DNA of 56,217 nt, the filler included, from Dimargaris cristalligena (taxonomy: Eukaryota), in NCBI GenBank assembly GCA_003614675.1. It is 2 parts of 2 records of this genome, joined end to end, with 100 filler letters (N's around TTAATTAATTAA, not from the genome) between each part and the next. Parts side by side here need not be neighbours in the genome. Positions count along the whole stretch, not along the records: positions 1 to 28,082 come from ML002504.1; 1 more part is not named here. The stretch is one strand, 5' to 3'. A program made the translations under genes and the position numbers. Positions within the stretch are counted from its first letter, which is position 1. Every line of letters begins with the position of its first letter. Positions 12,674-24,686 of the stretch are shown piece after piece. The notes beneath the pieces were generated by a model that was not told the origin of the DNA, did not search any database, and saw only the letters and a list, made by a program, of their open reading frames with translations.

Positions 12674-13789
12674 CTAGAGCTGAATCGCGTAGAGTAGGGC
12701 TGCATTGCCCAGTAAAAAGGTCAGCTGGAGCCACCCACCCATGCTACCATAGGACTGGCCGGCCGATGCAGTCGCCACCAGCGGTGTGTGGCTCTCTTTT
12801 GGCACATTGCTGGTCGCAGTATAATTGCCAAACAAAGTCGGCCGGGTCGAATTCATGGCCGTGGTGGTCGTATCCAAGGGGAAGTCGTCGGGATCCTCGC
12901 AAACATTGGTCGACCAGTCCCCCACGCTAAGGAGCTCCTCGTCCACGCCCAGCGTTTCCGTAATAAAGGGCAAATAATACGCGACGTGCGTGAAAAACCC
13001 CAAAGGGTCGGCCCCCCCGCAAGCCACGTATTTCTCAATGAGGGATCCCCCGTGGCTCGTAACGCCCACAATGGACCACCGATCGTCCCGCCGACCGAAC
13101 AGCGGGCCGCCGGCATCCCCACGGCAGGTGTCCTGGTTCTGCTTGAACGTGCCGCACACCAAATGGTTGTTGGAGCTGGTAAACCCACTGTCAATGAATT
13201 GGCACTTTTCACGGTCGTTGGATACCTTGACCGAGATTTGTTGAAGAGTTGCAGCAGCGGATTGGGCATTGTCGTTGGTGGTCCAGCCCCAACCGGTGGT
13301 GTTAAAAGTATCGTACTCGACCAGCATGGTGGTCTCAATGTACGCCGGCTGGATTTCGGGGGATACCGTAACTGTTTCGTTGAGTTCGATAAGGGCCAGG
13401 TCGTGGGTGAGCGTCGTGTAATTGTACTCGGGGTGAATGGTAACGTTGGCCGTGCTGAACCATTGCATACCCTCCAGTGTGGTGCTGCCCAGGCCAATGG
13501 ACAGGGAGCTGAGTGCAATCGGCTGGGTCTCGCCCCGGTTAAGAAGGCATTGGGCCGCCGTCACCACGTGTTTAAGGGTAGGGAGAAGGGTGCCTCCGCA
13601 GTAGGACTCGGCGTTAATTCCTGAGTCCTTGTTGCCCACGAATGCCATGAAGGGGAGCGGCAGTGGAACCACAGTGCCATCTAAAATGCGGCGGAAAGGC
13701 TTTACAGTTGAATAGGTAGCATTGACAGGAACTGCCACGATGTCGAGCAGGGCGGCGGCCCAAACCACTCCGGAAAATGCTGGTTTCAT
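12674..13789 (-). CDS. Trypsin-fold (peptidase S1A) non-peptidase homologue, secreted, probably GPI-anchored (371 aa)
   Basis: Signal peptide MKPAFSGVVWAAALL; activation-like site RR|ILDG; CGGTLL, HPEYN...HDLALIEL and GWG motifs. Catalytic motifs read TAAQC (His57 to Gln) and DTCRGDAGGP (Ser195 to Ala). Thr-rich linker and hydrophobic C-terminal tail. Confidence 0.88.
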   Translation of the reverse strand: MKPAFSGVVWAAALLDIVAVPVNATYSTVKPFRRILDGTVVPLPLPFMAFVGNKDSGINAESYCGGTLLPTLKHVVTAAQCLLNRGETQPIALSSLSIGLGSTTLEGMQWFSTANVTIHPEYNYTTLTHDLALIELNETVTVSPEIQPAYIETTMLVEYDTFNTTGWGWTTNDNAQSAAATLQQISVKVSNDREKCQFIDSGFTSSNNHLVCGTFKQNQDTCRGDAGGPLFGRRDDRWSIVGVTSHGGSLIEKYVACGGADPLGFFTHVAYYLPFITETLGVDEELLSVGDWSTNVCEDPDDFPLDTTTTAMNSTRPTLFGNYTATSNVPKESHTPLVATASAGQSYGSMGGWLQLTFLLGNAALLYAIQL

Positions 13790-16292
13790 TGGTGTTTTTT
13801 TTATATAAAAAAATGGAGTTAAAAGCGAGTTAAAAAAAGATAATGATGAAAATTGGATATCCAAGTGAAACCGGGAGGGAAGTAATGATGGGCCAGGTGG
13901 AATAAGGCCACTTACATGAGCAGAGGCAAAGTGAAAATATTAGTAAACATGATTAACATTTCCCAATGGTGGGCCAGGTGGGCAGTCATTTATACAGGAC
14001 CTGCTCCACATCGTTGGGGTCAAAAAGAGGCCAATATGGGAGGGGAGGGGGTAGAGAGAGGGAAAACGAGAATACATTGGGTGAAGCCGATCGTCTTTAA
14101 CCCCATATTAGTGCCCGTACCCCCCGGTCACAAATTGAAGCAGCTAGTCCCTGTTGGGTAAAGGGAAGGGTAATACCATCTATCAACGAAGTGAATATAA
14201 ACGAACACGTCGTTGGGCTGAAATAACTAAGACAACGCGACAAAGAATAAGTTCAACGAAAAGAACATCACTGGATTCTCGTTTATAGCCGTTGTTGGAA
14301 ATGACCAGCTCAAATCAAGGCAAGGGAGAAGGGCGGAAGGGAGAGACCCTCTCTCTTTTCGCTGCCCTGTTTTAGTGCCATTTCTCGTCAATTGACTAGA
14401 TAAGTGTTGGCGTGCAATTTAATACCCGAACCCCCCCCCTCATGTTTATAGCATTACGGAGAGGGACTAGTTCAATATGCGAGAGGAGAAGGGCGAATAA
14501 GTGGAGCTCGATGGTGCCTTCAAAGGCAGACTCGATACTATCCCGCCTCTCCCGTTGGCCCGTATTTTAAGGGACAATGTATCCTAAATAACATTGTTCC
14601 CCTTTACCTGTCGGGGGGATTTACTGGGGCAGATTTCGTTATCATCTCCATACCCATGCTACCCAAATGACCAATCCCACATACTGTACTTTCTCTTCTC
14701 TGCTCCCTCACCCGCCCACTCGTTCGTTCGTTCGCCCATCTGTCCATATACTCACCCCCTACTTCCCTTCCCTCCCTCTTCCTTGGGCCTGGCCCAAAAG
14801 CAAAGTGACAAAAGTGTAGGCGAATCGAGCGGGGAGTGGTCGATGGAGGAGGATTTGCGAGAGCCCTATTGGTCATCATTGTTCTTAAAAAAATATTAGG
14901 GGTAGGCGGAACGGTTAAAAGGGCGGAGAGCAAGTAGATCCTCGGAACTTTAGCTATTCGGGAGTTTCGTTCGTTAATTTATTTTTAAATAAGGACCACT
15001 GGAGCCGTCATTGTAAACTTACAGGGTTTAGCAACAATGGTTACTCATGTTCATTCGCGTATTGGACTGGGGAAAAGGAATTGCAGACAAGGGGGGGGGG
15101 GGTCGTTGAAAAATATATATATCGAACTTTGAAATCGAACCATCACCAATGGCCCACTATTGACGTCTACAAAAGCGAGCAGAACATTGGCATTCATTAA
15201 TATTCGCTTCTTCGTCTAAACAACAGTACTCGCATAGAGAATTCACCTAACTTTAGGGGGGGGATTTCATTAGGTACATTGGTTCTTGATAGTAGAAGGG
15301 ATGACCTACCCCCACCATCCGCAGTATGGGTTCTAAGTGGTTACCCCCTTTGGCTCTTCCTAAACCAAACTTCACTCGCCTCCCACTCTGTTCACTCCTT
15401 GCCCCATCTCCCCCATTCGATAGACTGAATTAGTATAGTGATCACTCTTCTCTAATAGGGATCGGCTCGACTGTCCCGTTAAGGTCAATATGTAACGATT
15501 ATATAAGTATGTTGAGTGTTCAAAATCGCCTCAGTCAATTGGCATATCATTGTCCCCTCCACTCCAGAGCCCAACTCTACTACGTCATAGTTACTAGCCG
15601 AGCGATAAAACCGTAAAACCTGAAAATCACCAATTCCATATCTACAGGTTGGAAAATCAGTTAGTTTGGCGAGACAATAGCGCTCTATATAAGGGATATG
15701 TTCAATCTGGCTATATAGTCAGTAATCCAATGACCAGGCCGGATCTTACCGGTTAATAATTCATGTTACAACGAGCAGAAATCCCTCCTTTGGCCCAGGT
15801 ATGGCTCGTAAACGACCGGGACTTCAGTGATGGATAAATAAGAACGGGCTGGGGTTATATGGGGGTTCATTGAGGAAATAAAATGTTAGAAAAGGCAACA
15901 TCGCTTATGTGTGTCTTCAAAATGACTGTAGAGGGGAAATTTGATTCAAATGTAACGATTGAAATGAAGCGCATGCGGTAGGTTAGTCAGAATATATTTT
16001 TCATCTAAATATGCACACTACCTAAGAGCTAAATTTTTGACGGTATGGCTAAATTGAGTGTGTCCTATATCCGACTATACTCTGAGTAATAATTATATTT
16101 CGGAACAACTCGCATAAAAAGATTAGCCAAATTACGTATAATGCACTTTTAAGCCCTATGAATCTGGCTCAAGCAGGCTCCGAGTTGAGGGTATATTTAG
16201 GTCCCTACGAAAAGAAAAGTGCTAAAATCACGAAGGGGTTGAAAAATGAAGGTGCGATTAATGATCTATTTAGACGAAATATTAATAATAAA

Positions 16293-16411
16293 AAGTTGTA
16301 GCATTGACTATTCCCAAGTGGTCACCCACCTCAGTACTAAATCAACTGATCGGGGCTTATCTTCGCAGATCTAACGGGATACGGAGCACATCCCGACATA
16401 TGGCCACAACT
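16293..16411 (-). rRNA. 5S rRNA gene, copy 2 (full length, about 119 nt)
   Basis: Same 5S motifs as copy 1 (7 differences over 116 nt), ending in a minus-strand TTTTT tract (16290-16294) typical of a Pol III terminator. Confidence 0.95.
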
Positions 16412-19010
16412 GATAAGTAGTAAATAATAGAGATCTTATTATTTAGTTATCAATAATATAGCTGCTTGATTTAATCGTAACTCAAAATTATTCGCATAGC
16501 GATCCGTAGCTTGGAAGCTCCTCCCATTAATATATGGCCATTAAGCTACCCTAGTTTTACTATTGGTATCCATTAGTGTCAATAATTTTTACATTAACTA
16601 GTTATTTTTTCATTAAAAATGCCTAATCTCATGAACAGAATTTGCGTTTTCTAGCTAGATTGCATTTTAAACCGCTCTAAAAATATGGGTGCTTGAAACG
16701 ACTCAATCGACTAACTGACCCATAATTCGGATTGTTAATGCTACCAACGGGCACCGCTCAATTCAAGTGGTTATACTGGTAGTTATATATTGGGCGATTA
16801 CATGGGCGGCCAAAAACGCGATGCCTGAACATACCACGCATTACTGAAAGTAACTGAGGAAAGTGAATTTCAACTTAGATGGCCTGGCTGGCAATGTATC
16901 CCATAAAGAGGTGAACCTGCTGCAGCTATTAATCTAGTAAGCAGATATCTCATCATATGTTCTGTTTCCATGTTTGAAATAGTGATGGCGAATTTTAATA
17001 CAGGTAGGTTCGGCGGGGGTGGGAAAGAGAGTAGCCGACAGGTAGTATGTAACAACTACTATAATATAGAAAGTGGTTATTGATCCCGGAATTAATGCGC
17101 ATCCGGGTCTCTGTCCTGACCAGAATCTTCTAAATCATCAAAATATGTTTTCTATACCATCGAGGCCAACATCTCTGGTAAAGACTAGACTGGTTTAAGG
17201 TCAGATGCCCACTACAGATATAGTGCATAAATGAAGATATAATACCAATCAGGTCACCCAAGTGATGCACAACTACGCCGTCCCTTGCCTACAGCTTCCT
17301 ACTTTCCGGTTGTTTCACGCTGAGAGTCGGTTCAATATCAACTGACGGCACACGCTCTGTTTTTTTTTTTTTTTGTAAAGACACCTGTCGCGTTGATATT
17401 AAAATTGAATGGATGTGCTATTGCGAACCAGACCACTCGAGGTATTTACGCCTCTATATCATCATATTACAAAACCGGCCATAGATCTACTGAGTTGCCC
17501 ATCCAATCCTCGAGATTTGCCCGCTAACATGATGGTATATCCTATTGCCTGGGCTATTTTCATAGTGATAGCCTCGCGCACTCCGTTATGTACGAAAAAT
17601 TGGTTTTACCAGGTCCAAACTTCGAGCCCTAATAAATTTAGGCCGGTTCTAATAGGGCCAATTAGCCCTAGAGAATATGGGCGAAAATCAGTCTAACTGT
17701 ATAGGGTTTTATATGATATGTGTATAGGAACATAGGTGGGTGATTCGTATTTAACCAGCGGTATTCTTTACAAACCCATTATGTTAATAGAGGGGATATA
17801 CCATTTTTTCCGTAGAAATATTACTTTCCCCGAAATAGAAAGGATAAATTTTAGTGCCAAAACATGTTTCTCTATCCTTCTCCTTTTATTCCCTCCTACT
17901 AGCCGGTCCTATTTGGTTTACTTTATTATTATAGTCAAGATATATCTCTGTCGTGTTCTTTGCACATGTGCACGACGACTTTTCGGCTATTGCAGACTGT
18001 GGACTTGTCCATTGTGCGAAATAAGTAACGCTAATAAATAACCAAAAGTCGATAGCATCTATTAACGATAATTTACCTCACCCAACGGACTTCTCATTAT
18101 GCAGTCTGAATGAACTTCTCCCATATTCTTCATCCAGGTGGGCGATTATTGACTGCTCTGCGAATAGTTCCTGGTCTACATCAAAGCGCTAACCCCGAAC
18201 CAATGTAATTAGGCACCCCCGCTTTCCACAGTCCGAAGTCCAGACTAGTACTTCATTCCCGAGTATTCCCACAGGCCACTGCTGTTCACCTTATCTTGCT
18301 GAGCTTTTTTCATGACGAGTTTAGTCAAATGGCGATCGACTGTATCTACTGTATCTACTATATCCACTGTTCCAATGATTGCCTTTTCCTCGCATGCCCA
18401 TCGTTAGTTAGGCTGGTCCATGTATAGGTTGGCCAGCCCCATTGCCTAGAGGCGAGTAATGAAAGTATATTCTAGGTGGAGTCGGCTGGCGCCTAACGGC
18501 CCATGTTATTATTTGGTTGCCATAGTCCATTCCCAAAGTTACTCGCCTTTTTTTTTTACTCAACCATCCCTGTAGTATCCATATAGCCCCACGCTGTAAA
18601 CTTAAAATGGGGAGGGGGGTCAATGTGGGTTGGTTGGCTATACTATTCGATTCACGGCAACCCAGAGTGGCTTATTATATTAATAGGAGAGGCCCCCTTA
18701 ATGGTGCCTTTAATTGAAACTAAGGCAGTACCATGCCATTTGATATACCCCATGCTTCTCCCCGTTTTCTTGCCAAGTCAAATTATAATTTCTAGACTAG
18801 ATTTTTGCCCACCAGAGGGGCAGGCTCCTCTATTTTCTCGTTACCATTCTCTTGATACACCGGTTATATCTGTCTTCTGTTGAGCTTATTTCCAGTCCCC
18901 ATTATTTGCAGAATACCAACCCAGGTACAATATTTGGCCCGGCTTGATTACGTGCCCTGGTGTAGTTTCGTATGTAATTCCTGTTGCTTCCGCCTGAATC
19001 AGCTTTCACT

Positions 19011-20023
19011 ATGGATGGGGAGATGACTATTGCCAGCCAATATCTGCTAAAGCGCTGTTGGATTGCCTTATCCATTTCGATGGTGCTGTCGCTGGGTTCT
19101 TACAACCTATATCATTCATGCCTTACCCTTGCCCACAATCGTCAAATTATCCATGTGCTTACCTTTTTAATGAACCTGTCCTGCGTTATAATAGGCATTA
19201 TTTTAAGTTTATATGAAACCGCCTATTCCTCCTGCATGGTTTATGCTGCATCAATTGACGCAATCTACTTGAGCTGCTCTATGTTTAGCGGGCTCATTTT
19301 ACTCACCAAGTCCTACTATGCCAGTAACTTCAATCGCAAAATTCTTTACCCTTTGGCTGTATCTCAAACGGCGACCATTGTAGTTCTCAGCTATGCGCTT
19401 TCCCAAATTACCGTCTACCAGTCCACTCGGGTCCTCTTGTGTGAAATCAAACTGAAACAATCGAGTTTTTTAACCGCCATGTCCATGGAGTTTGTGCTCA
19501 ATTTTAGCTACTCGGCACTGTTTCTATTCTATATTTACCAAGCCAACCTCCAGTTTGACTCGTCCCTCTACTCTGTGCTGTTTCGTGACGGTATGATTTA
19601 CTGGTTGATCACTTCCATCTTCCCCGTTATCATTGGTATGGCCGCTTTTATTCCGACCCTTGCTCGCAACATGAGCACTCTGGTCGTTTTCTATAGTAAG
19701 TACGAATCTTGAATTTATATGTAATTAACACTCACGCTAACTCGAATCCCCCCTTCCAGACAGCTGTGGTGGTTGTGGCCGTATTTGGATACCCAGGTTT
19801 CTTTGATTCTAAGGAATGCTTTTAATGCTATGGTCCACTGTTGCTATATAACTTTTGCCGTGCTTTTGTTACCTATTCGGAAGTCATCGGCACTACCTGC
19901 ATCATTACTTGGCAATTGAGCATTGCTCGACGAGAAAGAATCCAGAAAAAGCGAAATACACTCCTACCATCCTCGCAAAATGGCCACAGCCCCCACACCT
20001 GCGAAAATAATGTTGATTTTTAA
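19011..20023 (+). CDS. Orphan seven-transmembrane (GPCR-like) protein; exons about 19011-19695 and 19884-20023
   Basis: Six hydrophobic segments plus the start of a seventh in exon 1. GTAAGT donor at 19696; splicing to the AAG ending at 19883 completes TM7 (VVFYIIGTTCIITWQL) followed by a basic helix (ARRERIQKKR). Cys at the top of TM3 (SSCMV) and in ECL2 (LLCEIK); SVLFRDGMIYW before TM6. The start codon and 3' splice site are uncertain. Confidence 0.65.
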
Positions 20024-21271
20024 CCGGATTTCCCACTGAAGGCAGTATTTTATATCACTATTAAAGCTACACCAGATTGGATGAAGTGGCTAACTGGTGA
20101 TCGGACGAAAACGTGACTACACCAATAAGGGTGGTCTCGTTTCTATTCAAGCTCAGTGACGGGACGGGCTTATAACATGGCCTATTTTTGTTAATACGAG
20201 TCTGGGGCAAGATAGCATGTACAACACACCCAGCACACGAGTGGGCAATGCAGCAGGGGGGGGGGAAGTCTATGGTAGGCTCCAAGCAAATCCACCACCA
20301 TTTCACGTGATTTGATCCAAAACCAAAACAAATGAATCGGAGAATACACGGAATGAGAAGGGAGAGAAGGCTGGCTTCCTGCCCGCTGGTGCCAGTTTGA
20401 TGAACAAACACCAAGTGGCGGTGTATTGCAACCAAGGGAATACGTATTCTCTTTCCTCCATTGGTGGTTGGTAGACTATAACAATTCCGCATGCTAATTA
20501 CCGCCGTAAACAATATATCTGCCCTTTGCGGTCGTCAGTGCATACAACAACCCAATTGCCAAAATCAAAACACCGCCAGCCCCATTGTACGGCCAAAACA
20601 CCCTATACCCTGCATACAGTCGTCTCCTTAGTCTATAGGACTTATACCACCACTGACCGACAGCAGCCCCTGCGCTCTTTCCCCTTCTTCTCCATTTAAC
20701 TATATATTTTTCTATTCCTTTTAGACTTACTACATGACTGACTAATCCGGGTGTAGCTACTGCCTATCGATCCGATTCCTTCTTATTTTGCGCTGGTCCG
20801 CCGACGCTGGTGCTTTCGTTACGTATACGGTTTATCTAGAGCTACTGGATTCCAACCATCGCCCTCTCCCAAACCCCGCCTCGGTTTTGCCCCACTCCAT
20901 AGCCTTCCCTCTCTTCTTACCCAGGCCCTCCTCGACCTTACCGGATGAACTTTGTTTTACTCCCGTCCAGTTCGCTCCCAACCGCCCACTCCGTCGGTAT
21001 TTTAAACATTCTCCTTTGCTTAGCACTGTTGGTTCTACTTAACACTACTGGCTCGGCGATTCCCAATTAGTCCAGCCCCCGGCTATCCCATTTATCGCAT
21101 TGCTTACTCTCCCCTTCCCGCCCAATAAAACGGGTCTCGGTCCCGGTGACCTTGCTTCTCTCTAACCCGCCAGCGTCTCTTACTCGAGACGTTCCCCCCT
21201 CCTCCTCCTACACCTGACCTCCTCATACCCCATCCACCATCCCTCGCGCGGCCTCCTCCATACCTTTGACC

Positions 21272-24200
21272 ATGCTACACGAGCCCATCAATACGGTATG
21301 TAGTGCCGTCTACTCAGGGATTCCCGTCTACGAATTCAACGCCAACTCAGTGGCGGTGATGCGTCGCCTAGCCGACTCGTTTCTCAATGCCACACAGATC
21401 CTCAAAGTAGCCAACATCCCCAAACCCCGGCGCCTCAAAATTATCGAAACCGAACTCAACCCCGACCTCTGTGAAAAGGTCCAGGGGGGCTACGGCAAGT
21501 ACCAGGGCACTTGGTAAGTTTGGTGGACACACACAGATACACCCAAGGCGTTCTTCTGTGATGCGCTTTCCTTTCGGGGTTGGCGGAAGCATGTGACCTA
21601 CGGCGAAGGTTCCCAAGGCAGATTCCATGTCTGGCTATTGCGGGAGCAGTGTATGACACCACGCTTTCATCCGTGATCAAGCCCTTCCAGTTAGCGCAGA
21701 TTTGACGTCCTTTTAATCAGTGGCTGCGAGATGATAACGGTGGGAGAGTGGGAATCAGCCCCCGTCCTAAACTTGGTTTCCCTGAAACTTGTTTTATTTT
21801 TCCAAGATCCTCGACTAAATCATCCCATCTATTGACCGTACCTTCCCTGTTTATTCCATTTCCAGGATTCCATTTGAGATTGGCGTTGACCTTGCCCGGC
21901 GGTATAGTGTCTACGATATTCTCCGACCCATTATTGAATACAACCCCACCAACAACGGTACCACGGCTGATGAAACCCCCAGCAAAGATGTGTTACGACG
22001 TCAGCTCAAGAATGCTGAAACCGCCTCCCGGAACCAAATGAATGGGAGTGGCACGGCCGACCTGAAACGGAAGCCCTCCAATTCGGGAACTATGCCAGCC
22101 AGCAGCCCCATCATCAAGCGGCATCGCGACAGTGTGGAGGAAACTTACACCCGGCCTACCGAGCCTATTGTTACCAACTACCACCGGGCCCCCCGTCCTA
22201 TTGCCCAGTCCTCACCTACACCGTCACCCCTCCAAACGTATTATAATCCTTCGTATGCCCCATCCATCTGCTCGTCCCCCGTATTTGGGGGGATTCCCCT
22301 GGGCAACGGGTCCCACCATTTCATCCCCCCAATGGCGCTGGATCAGACCGGGCGACCCACCCCGGTCTCAGCTTCCATGATGGTTGGCTCCAACTCATTA
22401 TTGGGTGCCGTGACTGCCAGCTCCCCCATGGCCTTACTAGGGGGTGGCGGACCTGCCTCCGATGCTCTGCTGGATTTCCATGACTCCCCACGTCTAGATA
22501 CTGCCATGGTTACTCTTACCGATGGCCGAGACGAAACTGGGAACGACGGGACCGGATCCCTTCTAAATGCTGTAGGATTGTCTCCGGTTTCCGCCGTTGA
22601 TCGCCAACGCGGCCTTCTCATGGCCCTCTTCTTAAGCGAAGACCTACCGCCCGCTTTTGACGACCCCGCCGCCACGGCCCTCATGACCCCCGAGGGCGAA
22701 CCACTAGATTTCGATCTGGTGATTGATGATCAGGGCCACACACCCCTCCATTGGGCCGCCGCGCTCGCTCGCAACTCCCTTCTCGAGTGGCTCCTCGAAC
22801 ATGACGCTGACCCCTTGAAACGCAACCATGCGGGCCAAACCCCACTTATTCGGGCGGTACTCAACACGGAACATTTCGATCATGACCCACAGTCGTTCCC
22901 GAACCTCTTGGTTCATCTGCACGACACCATACCCCTAGTGGACTCCAAATCCCGGTCCGTCATTCACCATATCGTCCGACTCGCCAATGATCAGAGTAAA
23001 GTGTCCGCCGCTTTGTATTATCTGGAATGCCTCCTCGAATGGATCGTCCAGTCGGCCTCGACGCGGTCGGAGTCGATATCCTCCGCCCATCCATCGACCG
23101 CTGCCAAAGACAGTAAAGGCCACCAGACCACGACTCTGGCCCTGAATACCGATGACTTTATTAACTTCATTAACCTGGTCGATTCCAATGGCGATACCGC
23201 TCTGAATATCGTGGCCCGTATCGGCAATGGCGAACTTATCGCATTGTTGCTCCGGGCCGGAGCGTCCGTGGATATTGCCAACAACTCGGGCCTCAAACCG
23301 TCCGACTTCAGCTCCGTCAATGCAGTTCGGTCTACGGTCGAGGATTCCTCCCAGGGGGGCAATAAAAGGTCGGGTTCGGAAGATTCTTTACTCAACCGGA
23401 TCCAAGCCTCATCGCGCCCTCACCCATCGGACCTAAAATCCACCCACCAGGCCGGTGGTCGGGGTCAACGCGGCCACAAGTTCGCTTCCCTCGTCCAGAA
23501 AATTGTGGACGAACTGGAGGACGACTTCCAAGGGGAACTGCGGAGTCGGCAACTGGAAATCGACTTGCTCCAACAGCAACTCAAAGAGGCCACCGAAGAA
23601 TTGGCGCAAGCCAAATCCACGATTGAAGATATAAGGGGTCAGGCCCATGATAAGAACGATATTCAGGCGCACATCAATCGACTGGAAGCAATTATCGCCC
23701 ACCCGAGTATGGGGGCGAGTGGCAATGTTGGTGGTAATGGTAATGGTGGTGGTGATTCGAACGGAACTGCGACGACTGCCCATCCATCCAGTATTTCAGA
23801 CCAGCCCCCACCGCTCCTGGATAGCGAATCGACGACTCATAACATCATCCGCCTCAAATCCCAGGCCGAGGCCTACCTGATGGTTAATAACCTATTACGC
23901 CAACAGCTAAATGATGTGCAATCCCAAGCCACCCTCAAGGAATTCCAGTGCAAGAAGGTCATTGCCCTGTGCTGTAACTTGCCATTAGACCGGGTTGACC
24001 AATGGGTCCAGCAAATTTTGGCCGCGGTGGAAAGTGAAACAGCAGCACCATCACACCACCACCACCACCAGCAGCAGCAGTCCAATCATCCGATGGAAGC
24101 GGGTAGTAATGCCATGGAGGGCGTGGAAAATGGGCTTATGGCTTTTACGACGGGCATGTCAGCCGTTGGTGATCCTTCGATACCGGCTTTGTTTGCGGCC

Positions 24201-24686
24201 GGTATGGCTTCCGCCGTACCCATGTCCACCTCGACGGGACATACCAATGTGTTGCCTAATACATTTCTGCCCAACAACGGATTAATGGGCAATCAGGATG
24301 TTTGTGGATTTAATACACCTACATCGCACCCTATGGGGGCCACCTCCAACAACAACAGCAGCAGCAACCACCACCACCATAATAATAATAATAATAATAA
24401 CAATTCGTTAACGACGACTACAACGACGGCAGCCATGTCTCAACATACGCCCATCTCCGCCGATAGTATCCTATCGCCCAGTATCTCGGAAGAGCAAAAC
24501 ATCCAACGAATCACTGAGTTTATGAATTCTATCCAGCGGCCGAAGAAAACCCCCGTATCGAAACTGGTGGCGGCGAACACAGTGCCAGGAGGTGTGGGGA
24601 CGCCGACACCATCGGGCACTCCGGGGACGGGGGCGGATATATCAATGGCCATGTCTCCGTCGACCACAACCCTTTCGGCACTATGA
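21272..24686 (+). CDS. MBF/SBF cell-cycle transcription factor (Mbp1/Swi4/Res1-2 type; KilA-N/APSES + ankyrin repeats + coiled coil); exons 21272-21513 and 21866-24686, about 1020 aa
   Basis: APSES motifs [30 protein letters not shown] and [14 protein letters not shown], continued in frame across a GTAAGT..CCAG intron (21514-21865) as [14 protein letters not shown]. Ankyrin motifs [24 protein letters not shown] and [16 protein letters not shown]-terminal [10 protein letters not shown]. Confidence 0.92.

Noticed and set aside
21514-21865. Relatively long intron in the MBF/SBF gene as a possible snoRNA host
   Set aside because: Only degenerate C/D-like boxes, and no terminal stem or rRNA-complementary guide that I could identify.
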